A stretch of DNA of 64,000 nucleotides, taken from Minisyncoccota bacterium (GTDB lineage: Bacteria; Patescibacteriota; Minisyncoccia; Phycocordibacterales; JABAAK01). The position numbers were made by a program, and so were the translations under genes. The DNA is taken from the NCBI GenBank assembly GCA_965222235.1, contig OZ244939.1:323396-387395 (forward strand). Direction: 5' to 3'. The notes under the pieces are model-generated. The model saw nothing but the letters and a program-made list of their open reading frames with translations. It had not been told where the DNA came from and did no database searches. The stretch's first letter is position 1; each line of letters begins with the position of its first letter. Shown here one piece after another: positions 51,859 to 61,032 of this stretch.

Positions 51859-51930
51859 GCCGGACCAGGGCTCGAACCTGGATTAACGGGACCAAAACCC
51901 GTCGTCCTACCAATTAGACGATCCGGCATG
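51859..51930 (-). tRNA. tRNA-Gln (anticodon UUG)
   Basis: 72-nt cloverleaf TGCCGGA-TC-GTCT-AATTGGTA-GGAC-G-ACGGG-TTTTGGT-CCCGT-TAAT-CCAGG-TTCGAGC-CCTGG-TCCGGCA-G. A U1:A72 first pair as in E. coli tRNA-Gln. Confidence 0.85.
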
Positions 51931-51963
51931 GCGAAACGGAGACAGTGTACCACACCCCCCGCA

Positions 51964-52398
51964 TCACCCCCAGACAAAACGACTCCCGACAGACACACCG
52001 AACCGACGCGCAAAACCCGCCGGTACCTCAAGCACATACCGCGCGGGAAACGGAGAAGTGAATGTCCCGGGAAATGATTCGGGAGAAACATCCTCCGCCA
52101 GATGCACTACCTGTTTCCCGGCATCAAGCCATAAGATATCAATTGAAAAATACATATCTTTCATCCAGATGGAGTGCGGACCGTCATGCGGAAATACAAA
52201 CAGCATGCCGCATGTGTCACACAGCGATTCCCGGTGCGACAGACCGAGCGTGCGCTCCTCGGGAGTCAGCGATATATCCGCGTGTATGGCGATATCACCA
52301 AAAAAAATCTCAACCCGGGAATCGTGCGGCAACCGGAACATGACCGCGACAATCAGCAGAAGGGCGAAAAGGATGAGCGGAAGAACACGGACTGTCAT
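51964..52398 (-). CDS. DUF192 family protein (COG1430-like)
   Basis: N-terminal TM helix. GLSHRESLCDTCGMLFVFP, IWMKDM, SIDILWLD and YVLEVPAG fit the DUF192 consensus. Confidence 0.6.
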   Translation of the reverse strand: MTVRVLPLILFALLLIVAVMFRLPHDSRVEIFFGDIAIHADISLTPEERTLGLSHRESLCDTCGMLFVFPHDGPHSIWMKDMYFSIDILWLDAGKQVVHLAEDVSPESFPGTFTSPFPARYVLEVPAGFARRFGVSVGSRFVWG

Positions 52399-52784
52399 AC
52401 CGTGCCGGCACGCTGCGCAAGCGACAGCGCGCATGAATTGATGCAGTACCGCTGACCCGTGGGTGTCCCCGGCGCGTCATCAAATACATGACCCAGATGC
52501 GCGCCGCACGCGCCGCAGGACACCTCGGTCCGGCGCATACCGGCGGAATCGTCCTGTTTCAGGGACACCGATCCGTCTTTGACGGCTGTGTAGAAACTGG
52601 GCCAACCGGAGTGTGAATCAAATTTCGCGGACGAATCAAACAGCGGCGAATTACAGACAATGCAGTGATACATTCCGTCATCTTTTGTTTTGTAATACGC
52701 ACCGGTGTACGGCGGCTCGGTGGCCCTCTCCTGCGTCACCCGATACGCCTGTTCGGACAGCTGCTCGCGTAAATTTTCATTCAT
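52395..52784 (-). CDS. msrB: Peptide-methionine (R)-S-oxide reductase
   Basis: CxxC...GWPSF...CGACGAHLGHVFDDAPGTPTGQRYCINS (SelR/MsrB signature with a zinc-binding Cys4 site). Confidence 0.85.
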   Translation of the reverse strand: MNENLREQLSEQAYRVTQERATEPPYTGAYYKTKDDGMYHCIVCNSPLFDSSAKFDSHSGWPSFYTAVKDGSVSLKQDDSAGMRRTEVSCGACGAHLGHVFDDAPGTPTGQRYCINSCALSLAQRAGTV

Positions 52785-52794
52785 ATATACACCA

Positions 52795-53265
52795 CTATGC
52801 CACGGAAGAAGTGCTTTGTTTCCGAAGATACTGCTGATGGTATTCCTCCGCCGCAAAGAACGGGGATGCCGGAACGATATCCGTCACAATCGGATCGTCG
52901 TGCATGCCCGATTCCTCAAGCAGCCGCCTGGACGCGAGAGCGGCCTCCCGCTGCGGCTCGGTGTGATAGAAAATGACGGAGCGGTACTGCTCTCCCGCAT
53001 CAGGTCCCTGGCGGTTCGGCGTCGTGGGGTCATGCATGTCCCAGAACACCCGCAGCAATTCGTCATATGAAACGACATCGGAATCATACATCACCTCAAC
53101 CGCCTCGCGATGCCCCGTGCCGCCGGCGCATACCCGCTCGTAGCTCGGACTGTCAACAGTACCGCCGGTGTACCCCGCCCGGGTCCGTATGACACCGGGG
53201 GTGTTCATAAAGGTGTCCTCAACACCCCAAAAACAGCCGGCGGCAAATGTCGCTTTTTCTTCCAT
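52795..53265 (-). CDS. msrA: Peptide-methionine (S)-S-oxide reductase
   Basis: [12 protein letters not shown] active site, GYTGG and [19 protein letters not shown]. Confidence 0.85.
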   Translation of the reverse strand: MEEKATFAAGCFWGVEDTFMNTPGVIRTRAGYTGGTVDSPSYERVCAGGTGHREAVEVMYDSDVVSYDELLRVFWDMHDPTTPNRQGPDAGEQYRSVIFYHTEPQREAALASRRLLEESGMHDDPIVTDIVPASPFFAAEEYHQQYLRKQSTSSVA

Positions 53266-53287
53266 ATATATGCAGTATAGACAACAA

Positions 53288-53320
53288 AAAGGACTGTGCG
53301 GCAGATATCGCACAGTCCCT
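53288..53320 (-). terminator. Rho-independent terminator or attenuator immediately upstream of msrA
   Basis: 10-bp stem GGACTGTGCG / CGCACAGTCC followed on the minus strand by TTTTTGTTGT; only about 23 nt then separate it from the msrA ATG. Confidence 0.45.
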
Positions 53321-53336
53321 GTGTATTTCAGCGGCT

Positions 53337-53474
53337 CGGTTTTTTCGGATGCAGGTTCCGATGGCCGGTCTGCTGGTATGTTCGTTGTCGTCGCTCTTAG
53401 TGACCCGGTCTTTTCGGGTGCAGATTCCGATGCCCGGTTTGCCGTTGTGTTCGCCGTCGTTGCTTTTTTTTACG
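53337..53474. repeat. Imperfect tandem direct repeat (about 69 bp x2, roughly 75% identity)
   Basis: CGGTTTTTTCGGATGCAGGTTCCGATGGCCGGTCTGCTGG... and CGGTCTTTTCGGGTGCAGATTCCGATGCCCGGTTTGCCG... It overlaps the 3' tail of ORF A and ends in a T8 run. Confidence 0.6.
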
Positions 53475-53786
53475 AATCACTTTTGAGCTGCGGGCGAACG
53501 CATGGTGTTCGCACAACACCCGGACATGGTGGGGCCAACAGGTGTTCCGGTCATACCCCTTTTCCGGAAATACAAAAAATGCGGTCTCTCCCCCTCCCCT
53601 CTGTTTGCCGCGCTCGGAATGCAGAACCCATTCCAAAAAATCAAACGGCAGGTTCTTCCAGGAAAACAGGACCGGAAGCCGGACAGTGCGCATGGTTTTC
53701 TTCTCACAGCCCGGATGGTCGCAGCGGAATGTGCAGGAGAACAGCACGGGAAAACCATTCCCCTCATCAAACGATACAACTCTCAT
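53397..53786 (-). CDS. Cys/His-rich small protein A (paralog of 54882-55157), hypothetical
   Basis: Strong Shine-Dalgarno [26 protein letters not shown]...PFDFLEW...FFVFP...CWPHH...CEHH aligns with B (RCKCDHNGCGKTATRKTVR...PFFYW...FYLFA...CAEH). A low-complexity basic tail follows. Confidence 0.55.
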   Translation of the reverse strand: MRVVSFDEGNGFPVLFSCTFRCDHPGCEKKTMRTVRLPVLFSWKNLPFDFLEWVLHSERGKQRGGGETAFFVFPEKGYDRNTCWPHHVRVLCEHHAFARSSKVIRKKKQRRRTQRQTGHRNLHPKRPGH

Positions 53787-53858
53787 TCGCCTCTCCCCTT
53801 GGTATGAAGTTGAGTCTGCCTCCAGTATACCAAAATTCCGGACAATTCGGTAGGTGGT

Positions 53859-54820
53859 CTTAATGGTTCAATACATTTGCACATGAGTGTACCACATCTA
53901 TGGGTTTCTTAAGGTCAATGCCGAAATGCGGTCTCTCATGGTTGTAATGATGGAGGTATTGGGCGTATTGTTCTCTGAGATCGTCATATTCTTTGAAAGG
54001 AGCCTTGTAGTAGATGAACTCCTCCTCATCAGTCCTGAACGATCGTTCAATGACGGCATTCTCGTTAGGACTTGATTTGTGAATATAGTGGTGTTTTGTA
54101 CAGAGAGCAGTTACATGGGTATGGAATCTTTTTTGAAATTCAAGACCGTTATCCGTTTGGATGAATACTGTTCTGAAGGGTAGACGGTTCACTATTTCCG
54201 TCATAGCTGAAATGGCATTATTCTGATTCAGATCATTGTATATGACGGCATCCTTGTATCGGGAGTAAATGTCTATGATGGCATACTCGAAACAGGTCCA
54301 GGGCAATCCTGTCAATTCAGGGGTGAGGTACTTCACATCCATCTGGAGGTAGCCGACGGTTTCAGCGTTCTTTGCGTGCATATGTACTGTATTCTGACAC
54401 AAGGGACGACGATGTCGCTTCTTCTGTCGTATGTAGCCACGGGCTATCAGGAACCGTTTCACCGTACTTACTGATACCGCTATACCGGTTTCCTCCCTGA
54501 GTTTCTCGGCACACCATCCCCGTTTCTGCCTCATTGCCGCAATGACTACTCTTTCCTCCCCGGAGAGTGCCGGTTCCCTCAGTCTCTTCGGTCTCGTGCT
54601 CTTCCGCTGCAGTCCCCGCATGACATACCGCGGTTCCCCGTAGGGATACGGTGACCGTGCCCGTCTCAGCCACCGGGATACCGTGGTTCTGTGGATACCG
54701 AGCAGTTCAGCAGTATGCTGTATATCTCTTGTTTCTTTGTATATTTGAATGATTTTCTTGGGATGTTGTCTCATACATCTGCAGTATCGCTGCTATGTGC
54801 AAATGTATTGAACCATTAAG
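53859..54820. mobile_element. IS481-family insertion sequence (962 bp) with 26-bp perfect terminal inverted repeats and a 6-bp target-site duplication GGTGGT
   Basis: Left inverted repeat CTTAATGGTTCAATACATTTGCACAT (53859-53884) is the exact reverse complement of the right one (54795-54820). GGTGGT sits at 53853-53858 and 54821-54826. There is a single transposase ORF. Confidence 0.8.
53860..54774 (-). CDS. IS481-family transposase (HTH plus rve/DDE integrase core)
   Basis: N-terminal HTH (ELLGIHRTTVSRWLRR) and a DDE core (...IQTDNGLEF...NAVIERSFRT...). 304 aa. The stop lies inside the left inverted repeat. Confidence 0.8.
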   Translation of the reverse strand: MRQHPKKIIQIYKETRDIQHTAELLGIHRTTVSRWLRRARSPYPYGEPRYVMRGLQRKSTRPKRLREPALSGEERVVIAAMRQKRGWCAEKLREETGIAVSVSTVKRFLIARGYIRQKKRHRRPLCQNTVHMHAKNAETVGYLQMDVKYLTPELTGLPWTCFEYAIIDIYSRYKDAVIYNDLNQNNAISAMTEIVNRLPFRTVFIQTDNGLEFQKRFHTHVTALCTKHHYIHKSSPNENAVIERSFRTDEEEFIYYKAPFKEYDDLREQYAQYLHHYNHERPHFGIDLKKPIDVVHSCANVLNH

Positions 54821-54881
54821 GGTGGTGCAAGAAAAGTGCCGCACACAGTACTGTGCACGGCATCTATATACCCCGAATGTA

Positions 54882-55157
54882 TCAGCGGTGCTCGGCGCAA
54901 TAGGCGCTGACACCGTCAGGAAAATAGTGCACATCCGTGGCGAAAAGGTAGAAGGGGTTCCTGCCGCCGGCAAAAACCTTCTGCCAATAGAAGAATGGCA
55001 TGCGGGGTTTTGAGACACTTGTCCGCATCCTGCCGGTTTCGCGGTCATAGTGATATCGGACAGTTTTCCGTGTTGCTGTCTTGCCGCAGCCGTTGTGGTC
55101 GCACTTACAGCGGATTTCCTTCCGTCCGTCGGGCAGTGTCCGCACTGATACCGTCAT
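54882..55157 (-). CDS. Cys/His-rich small protein B (92 aa; paralog of A)
   Basis: Strong Shine-Dalgarno GGAGGAGG then ATG 55157. It lies in the 421-bp gap between the two IS elements. Confidence 0.6.
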   Translation of the reverse strand: MTVSVRTLPDGRKEIRCKCDHNGCGKTATRKTVRYHYDRETGRMRTSVSKPRMPFFYWQKVFAGGRNPFYLFATDVHYFPDGVSAYCAEHR

Positions 55158-55241
55158 TGCCTCCTCCGTCGGTTGTGAAAAACCTAACCTAATATATATT
55201 GTACAATATAATAAAATATTGTCAATGCTCTCCTGTAATGT

Positions 55242-56237
55242 GCAAGGACATATTGCACCCCCAGCGGTAACATATCCAGTAATGACGATATATATGCCCC
55301 AAACATCACAAGAAGAACGATGGCGGTGGATCCGCCCCATTATCACGAATGAGCTGACCTACGATCAGGTGCTGCGCATGTGTCCGCACAGTAGGAGAAC
55401 TCTGAAATATTGGGTTTCCCGTTATCGTGATGAGGGAGAGGGTGGATTGGTGCCGCGCAGCACCAGACCGAAGCGGAGTCCGGAAAGGACTTCCGAAAAG
55501 GTGCGGAAACAAGTCATCAGAAAAAGAAAGGAAACAGGATTCTGCGCGAAGAAACTGCACTGGCGTCTGGAAAAGGAAGGACTGTCAGTGCCGGTGCGAA
55601 CCATCGGGAAGATACTGAATGATGAGGGATTGGCCAGAACCTACCGAAAAAGAAAAACACGGTACACCTACCTGCCACGGGTATGGATGCCGGGAGATAT
55701 GGTGGAGATTGATGTGAAGCATGTCCCCCAAAAGATTGAAAACAGAAGGTATTTCCAGTACACCGCCGTTGACCTGGGAAGTAGGTGGCGGCTGCTTGAT
55801 GTCTTTGAGGAACAGTCATCACGGAACTCCGTCCGGTTCCTTGACCTGTTCAGAACAGTGTTTCCTGTACCGGTTATCAGTGTGAAAACAGACAATCACA
55901 GCACCTTCACCAATTACTATGTCGGTTCAAACAAACGATCCGATATGACCGTGAAAACACTCCACCAGCCGGATGTCTACTGTAGAGAGAATACCATCAT
56001 CCACTATCTCATTGACCCCGGGAAACCGACTCAGAACGGCACCGTTGAACGAAGTCACCGCGAGGACAATGAGAAGTTCTACCGAAAAAACACCTTCTCT
56101 GATTTCTCCGATCTGCAGAAAAAACTCCGTGTCTGGAACGACACCTACAACGACCTTGAGCACTGCTCCTTAAACGGAAAAACTCCCAATGAAATGCTAC
56201 AATTATTGCAACCGCAAGGGGTGCAATATGTCCTTGC
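55242..56237. mobile_element. Second, distinct IS481-family insertion sequence (about 1.0 kb) with 20-bp terminal inverted repeats
   Basis: GCAAGGACATATTGCACCCC at 55242-55261 is the reverse complement of 56218-56237. The transposase ORF fills the element. No clear target-site duplication was identified. Confidence 0.6.
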
Positions 56238-56241
56238 CTAA
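55282..56241 (+). CDS. IS481-family transposase (second element)
   Basis: HTH (YDQVLRMCPHSRRTLKYWVSRYR) and a DDE core (VKTDNHSTF...GTVERSHRED). An alternative ATG lies at 55294. Only distantly related to the first transposase. Confidence 0.75.
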   Translation: MTIYMPQTSQEERWRWIRPIITNELTYDQVLRMCPHSRRTLKYWVSRYRDEGEGGLVPRSTRPKRSPERTSEKVRKQVIRKRKETGFCAKKLHWRLEKEGLSVPVRTIGKILNDEGLARTYRKRKTRYTYLPRVWMPGDMVEIDVKHVPQKIENRRYFQYTAVDLGSRWRLLDVFEEQSSRNSVRFLDLFRTVFPVPVISVKTDNHSTFTNYYVGSNKRSDMTVKTLHQPDVYCRENTIIHYLIDPGKPTQNGTVERSHREDNEKFYRKNTFSDFSDLQKKLRVWNDTYNDLEHCSLNGKTPNEMLQLLQPQGVQYVLA

Positions 56242-56252
56242 AACACTTTCGG

Positions 56253-58985
56253 TTACCGCCGTGTGCCGCTGAAGGTAAGCCGCTCCTGGGGATGCAGGTC
56301 GCGGCGGCGGAGAAATACCGCCTTGACGATCTCAATAATTACCACATGGAATAGCGCGCTGACGGGGATAATCCAGTACACCCACACCGGCAGCGGCACG
56401 AGCGACAGGGCCTGCGTGAGCGGCGGCACCATGAACGCCAGAATTAAAATAACAATACTTACCGCCACCGCCACCGTCAACCAGCGGTTGCTGAACGGGT
56501 TGGTGGTAAACACGCTCTTGCCCAACTGGCGGAGCGAGAAGGCGAGAAAAATGGAATCAACGGACACGGCGATAAACATAACGGTCTGCAGCTGCTCCTG
56601 AGTCAATGAGGTGAATGAGGAGAGCAGTCCGTAAATGACCAGCAGAAACGCGCCCGTAAACATCGCGAGCACGATGATGCCGGTCTGCACATCCCGCCCG
56701 ATGATGCTGTCCCCCTTCTCCCGGCGCATGTACCGCACGTTATCACCCCGCTCAAATGCGAATGCAAACGCGATAAATGCTTCCTCAACGATATTCGCCC
56801 AGAGAATCTGCACCGGCGTGATTGGCAGCGCCGCGGACATCAGAAGACCGCCGGCAACGAGAATCGCCTCGCTGAACGAGGTGGAAAACAGATATATCAC
56901 AATCTTCTTCAGATTCTGAATGATCTTCCTGCCTTCAATGATGGACGCAGTGATGGTTGAAAATGAATCTTTCAGAAGAATCAAATCGGATGATTCCTTC
57001 GCGACATCGGTGCCGGAAGCGACCGCAATGCCGATAGAGGCGTGGTGCAGCGCCGGCGCGTCGTTCACACCGTCGCCGGTCATGGCGACCACCTCCCCGT
57101 TCGTCAGAAGCACCCGTAACAGATGGGATTTCTGATCGGGCAGCATGCGCGCGAAGACGCGGACGGTCTGCGCCTTCGCAAAAAGTGCGGTGTCACTGAA
57201 CCCGCGAATGTCATCGCCCAACAACACTTCCTCCGAATCGCCGTCGGCAACAATACCGCACTGCTTCGCTACATACAGCGCCGTATACTTGTTGTCACCC
57301 GTCACCATCGTGAGCGCAACATGCGCCCTGCGGATGTAGTCAACGGATTCGGACACATCGGCGCGAATGCCGTCCTCAAGGGAAAGAAATGCCACGAACG
57401 AAACGGCATGCACCGATTCGCTCACCTGTTGATAGTACGCATGCTCATCTGTCTCATCAGTCATATCGGCCGCGACCTGCGCCGAGCCGACGGCGATGAC
57501 ACGACGGCCTTTTTCGGTCTCGGCGACAAGAGCCTGTTTCAACTTTTCACGCTGCATGGTGGTGAGCGTGACCGTCCGTCCGTTCTGCTGCACCATCGTC
57601 GACTCCGCAAGAATATGTTCGGGAGCGCCGACGGCGTAGTAGCGAAGCCCTCCGCCCTGTTCACGGACAATGGAAGAAGAGCACCGTTTTGACGATTCAA
57701 ACGGGGTATAGAATATGCGACGATCGCGCGTCGGCGACACCGTGCACACATCCTCACATGCCGTCACGAGCGCCTGTTCTATGGACGAACCGGTGAGCAC
57801 GGTATCCGCTTCTTCCGATTCTTCCCGGTGCAGCCGTTTCCCGTCCGTCGCCAGATACGCCCCGAGCACAATGGAACGGCCGAGCGGCGATATGGTGCGG
57901 TCATCGACACGCTCGCGTGTGTCGGCGGTAATAATCTCAGAGAGTGTCATGATACCGTTTGTCAGCGTCCCCGTCTTGTCGGTCAGAATCCAGGTCGTGC
58001 TGCCGAGCGTCTCGGCGGCGAGCATATTGCGCACCAATCCGTTATGACGCAGCACCGCCTGCATGCCGATAACCAGCACCACCGTAATCGCCGCGGGCAG
58101 TCCCGACGGAATGCCGGCGATTGCGATTGCGATGGATGTGATGACAATTTCAACAAGAGGAATGCCCTGCAGCAGGCCGATGGCGACAATACCGAGCACC
58201 GCGATCATAACCAGAATCATGATCCACTGCGCCATCTGCTGTATCTGCAGATACAGCGGCGTCTTGGTCCCCTCAGCATGCAAGCCGGTGACAATGGAGC
58301 CGATTGCGGTCTGGGCACCCGTATGCACTACGATGCCCCGCCCGGTGCCGGTAATGATGGTGGTCCCTTTCCATACCATATTGGCCTGATCGGCAAAGTC
58401 CCGCCTGTTTACGAGTGTGATTGCCTGTTTATGCACCGGCACCCATTCACCGGTGAGCGCTGACTCGTTAATCTGTAAATTATGCTCCTCAAGAATGCGG
58501 ATATCCGCCGGCACCTGATTGCCGGCATCAAAGAGCACGATATCCCCCGGCACCAGCCGCTCCGCCGGCAGCTCAACCTTCCTGCCGTCCCGCAGCACCT
58601 GCGCATACGACTGCCGGGCGTCTCTCAGCAGCTCAAAAGCGCGGGACACCTTCTCCTCCTGCAGCAGCGCGACGACCAGATTAATAATGAGCGCGGCGAA
58701 CACGACATACGCGTCCAGCGTGTAGTTGATGAGATAGAGGATGACGGCCGAAATGAGCAGAATGGACACAACGGGATTCTTCAACTGCGAAAACAACCGG
58801 CGGATCCGGGTGAATCGCCGCTCATGCCGGAACATATTGGCGCCGTATGAAAGGAGTCGCCGCTCTGCTTCGGCGGTGGACAGTCCCCCTTCCGATGAAT
58901 GGAGCATGTCCAGGACCTCCTTACCGGATCGCTCGGCAAAGGTGTGTGAAAAAGAAGATGTTGTGTCAGTGGAGTCAGGTTTCAC
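56253..58985 (-). CDS. Cation-transporting P-type ATPase (P2-like)
   Basis: The N-terminus ...GLSTAEAERRLLSYGAN is typical. ILTDKTGTLTNG phosphorylation site, MTGDGVNDAPALHHASIGIAV hinge, TGEWVP, and about 10 TM helices. Confidence 0.85.
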   Translation of the reverse strand: MKPDSTDTTSSFSHTFAERSGKEVLDMLHSSEGGLSTAEAERRLLSYGANMFRHERRFTRIRRLFSQLKNPVVSILLISAVILYLINYTLDAYVVFAALIINLVVALLQEEKVSRAFELLRDARQSYAQVLRDGRKVELPAERLVPGDIVLFDAGNQVPADIRILEEHNLQINESALTGEWVPVHKQAITLVNRRDFADQANMVWKGTTIITGTGRGIVVHTGAQTAIGSIVTGLHAEGTKTPLYLQIQQMAQWIMILVMIAVLGIVAIGLLQGIPLVEIVITSIAIAIAGIPSGLPAAITVVLVIGMQAVLRHNGLVRNMLAAETLGSTTWILTDKTGTLTNGIMTLSEIITADTRERVDDRTISPLGRSIVLGAYLATDGKRLHREESEEADTVLTGSSIEQALVTACEDVCTVSPTRDRRIFYTPFESSKRCSSSIVREQGGGLRYYAVGAPEHILAESTMVQQNGRTVTLTTMQREKLKQALVAETEKGRRVIAVGSAQVAADMTDETDEHAYYQQVSESVHAVSFVAFLSLEDGIRADVSESVDYIRRAHVALTMVTGDNKYTALYVAKQCGIVADGDSEEVLLGDDIRGFSDTALFAKAQTVRVFARMLPDQKSHLLRVLLTNGEVVAMTGDGVNDAPALHHASIGIAVASGTDVAKESSDLILLKDSFSTITASIIEGRKIIQNLKKIVIYLFSTSFSEAILVAGGLLMSAALPITPVQILWANIVEEAFIAFAFAFERGDNVRYMRREKGDSIIGRDVQTGIIVLAMFTGAFLLVIYGLLSSFTSLTQEQLQTVMFIAVSVDSIFLAFSLRQLGKSVFTTNPFSNRWLTVAVAVSIVILILAFMVPPLTQALSLVPLPVWVYWIIPVSALFHVVIIEIVKAVFLRRRDLHPQERLTFSGTRR

Positions 58986-59018
58986 TTTGTACAGTATACC
59001 AAGCGAAGAAACACCGAA

Positions 59019-60695
59019 TTACATATGCTCCGGCGCAGGAATGCCGAGAAGGTATAAACCGTTTTTGAGCGTCTGTCGCACCGCCCGCGTCACCGCAACC
59101 TTGTACGGCGCATGAACATCAGAAGCGTCAGCGATGCGTTCGTGCGCATACCATGCGTTGAACGAGCCGGCGAGCGTGATCAGGTAGGTGGCAAGATGAT
59201 GCGGCGAACGTTTTTCAAGCGCCGAGCGCGTCGTTTCGCCGAACCGGTGGAGCAGTGTCTCGGGAGGGCACACCGCACCGTTCGGCGCGTCGGTTGAAGG
59301 TGTGATCCCGTTCTCCGCGGCATGTGCAAGCACTGATGCGGCACGTGCGTGCGCATACTGCAGATACGGACCGGAGTCGCCCTCAAAGGAAAACGCCTGT
59401 TCCATGTCAAACGATATGTCCGAACCGGCATGCTGGCGCAGTATCCAATATTTCAGAGCGCCGACCGCGATCTGCCCGCTGAGCGCTTCGGTATCCGGCG
59501 CACGCATACTTGTCGCCCGCCCCATTGCCTCGCGACGCAGCTCGGCAAGCACCGTCTCGCCGGTGAGCACATCGCCGGTGCGGGATGACATTTTTTTCCC
59601 GCCGGCGAGCGTGAGAAACCCGGTGGTAACATGCTCAAGAGATTGTCCGTCAAGATCAAACATCTCCCGCAACGCGGCGTGAATGACCTGAAAGTAGTCG
59701 CGCTGCTCAGTCCCCGTCACAACCAGCGACAGATCCCAGCCGGGATACCGCCGTTGCTTAATGCTGAAATTGCCGATATCCTTCGCCTCATAAGTCGGCA
59801 AACCGGCGGAATTGACAAATACGCGGGTATGAAGTCCGTGCCGTTCGCCCCGGAAGATAACGGCGCCGGCATCCTCTTCAAATATGCCGTCCGATAGATG
59901 TTCGCGCACGAACGCCAGCCCGACCGGCGCCGCTTCGCTTTCATAGATAACAGTATCAAATATTGTACCGAGTGTGCGGCACAGATTCTCAATATGCCGG
60001 AGTGAGGTCGCCTTCCCCGCCTCCTTCAGTTCGGTGAGGCCGGCATCCCCGGTATACAAACCGGCATTAACCCGGTCAATGGCGGCGCGCGCATCGGCAC
60101 CCGCGTCATATGCCGCAGCTCCGGTCCGGTATGCTTCATTCAGTGCGTCAATATCGCCCGGATCGCCGTTCGTCCGTGTAAGGCCCCAGACCGCTTTTGC
60201 AACCGTCAGACCGACATCGGAGGGATAGGTAATCCGCCGTACGACCGCACCGCTGAATGAAAAAAGACGCGCCAATGATTCGCCGACGATGACACCGACC
60301 AAATTACCGACATGCAGTTGTTTGAACAGATTCGGACTTCCGTATTCAATGAGCACCTCCCGCCCTGATTCGGCGGTGCCGGCGCCCCACTGCTCACCGG
60401 CGGTCAGTGCCTCGGAAACATAATCGGTGAAACAGGAACGGGCGAGAAAAATGTTGAGAAAACCGGGGCCGGCAACAGCAACACGGTCAACAAACGGCAG
60501 CTGTTCAAGCGCCGGTTTCAGCAGTTCAGCGACCGCGGCGGGCTGTTTGCGCAATTCAGACGCGGCTGTCATGGCAGCGTTGGTGGCATAGTCACCGTGT
60601 GCCGGAGTGCCGGGATATTCAACATTGAACCCAACAGTATCGGCACCGAGATCGCGGAGTGCCTGAGCAACAGCCTCATGAATGCGGGATTTCAT
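59019..60695 (-). CDS. argS: Arginyl-tRNA synthetase
   Basis: FNVEYPGTPAHGDYATNAAM N-terminal domain, class I HIGH-like SPNLFKQLHVGNLVG, C-terminal DALRYWIL-type anticodon-binding domain ending ...EHM. ATG at 60695. Confidence 0.85.
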   Translation of the reverse strand: MKSRIHEAVAQALRDLGADTVGFNVEYPGTPAHGDYATNAAMTAASELRKQPAAVAELLKPALEQLPFVDRVAVAGPGFLNIFLARSCFTDYVSEALTAGEQWGAGTAESGREVLIEYGSPNLFKQLHVGNLVGVIVGESLARLFSFSGAVVRRITYPSDVGLTVAKAVWGLTRTNGDPGDIDALNEAYRTGAAAYDAGADARAAIDRVNAGLYTGDAGLTELKEAGKATSLRHIENLCRTLGTIFDTVIYESEAAPVGLAFVREHLSDGIFEEDAGAVIFRGERHGLHTRVFVNSAGLPTYEAKDIGNFSIKQRRYPGWDLSLVVTGTEQRDYFQVIHAALREMFDLDGQSLEHVTTGFLTLAGGKKMSSRTGDVLTGETVLAELRREAMGRATSMRAPDTEALSGQIAVGALKYWILRQHAGSDISFDMEQAFSFEGDSGPYLQYAHARAASVLAHAAENGITPSTDAPNGAVCPPETLLHRFGETTRSALEKRSPHHLATYLITLAGSFNAWYAHERIADASDVHAPYKVAVTRAVRQTLKNGLYLLGIPAPEHM

Positions 60696-60789
60696 ACAGA
60701 ACAGTATGACACACGCCGGCACGGTATATCCTTTTCATGCCGCCGAAACACATTGCACCGAATCTGTCCCCGTGGTACCATGCGTACAT

Positions 60790-61032
60790 ATGGCGAAAAC
60801 ATGCCCGATATCACAGAAGACGAGCGTGGTCGGCGGCGGATACAGCAACCGCACCCGTGCGACGAAGTTCAATCCGACCGGTAAGGTACGCAAACAGATT
60901 AATCTGCAGAAAAAGAAGGTGTTCGTGCCTTCGCTCGGCAAATCAGTGAAAGTCACCGTTACCCCGAAAGGCCTGCGCATGCTGAAAAAGAACGGCGTGG
61001 AAAAAGGGCTCCGTGCGGCGAACATCATCTAA
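60790..61032 (+). CDS. rpmB: 50S ribosomal protein L28
   Basis: MAKTCPISQKTSVVGGGYSNRTRATKFNPTGKVRK...LRMLKKNG fits the L28 pattern (C..TGK...GN.VSH...TKR...PN). Confidence 0.7.
   Translation: MAKTCPISQKTSVVGGGYSNRTRATKFNPTGKVRKQINLQKKKVFVPSLGKSVKVTVTPKGLRMLKKNGVEKGLRAANII

Noticed and set aside
53168-53863. 231-aa plus-strand ORF spanning the msrA start, the 69-bp repeats and ORF A
   Set aside because: It overlaps two better-supported minus-strand genes and a terminator hairpin. Its sequence is dominated by translated repeats.
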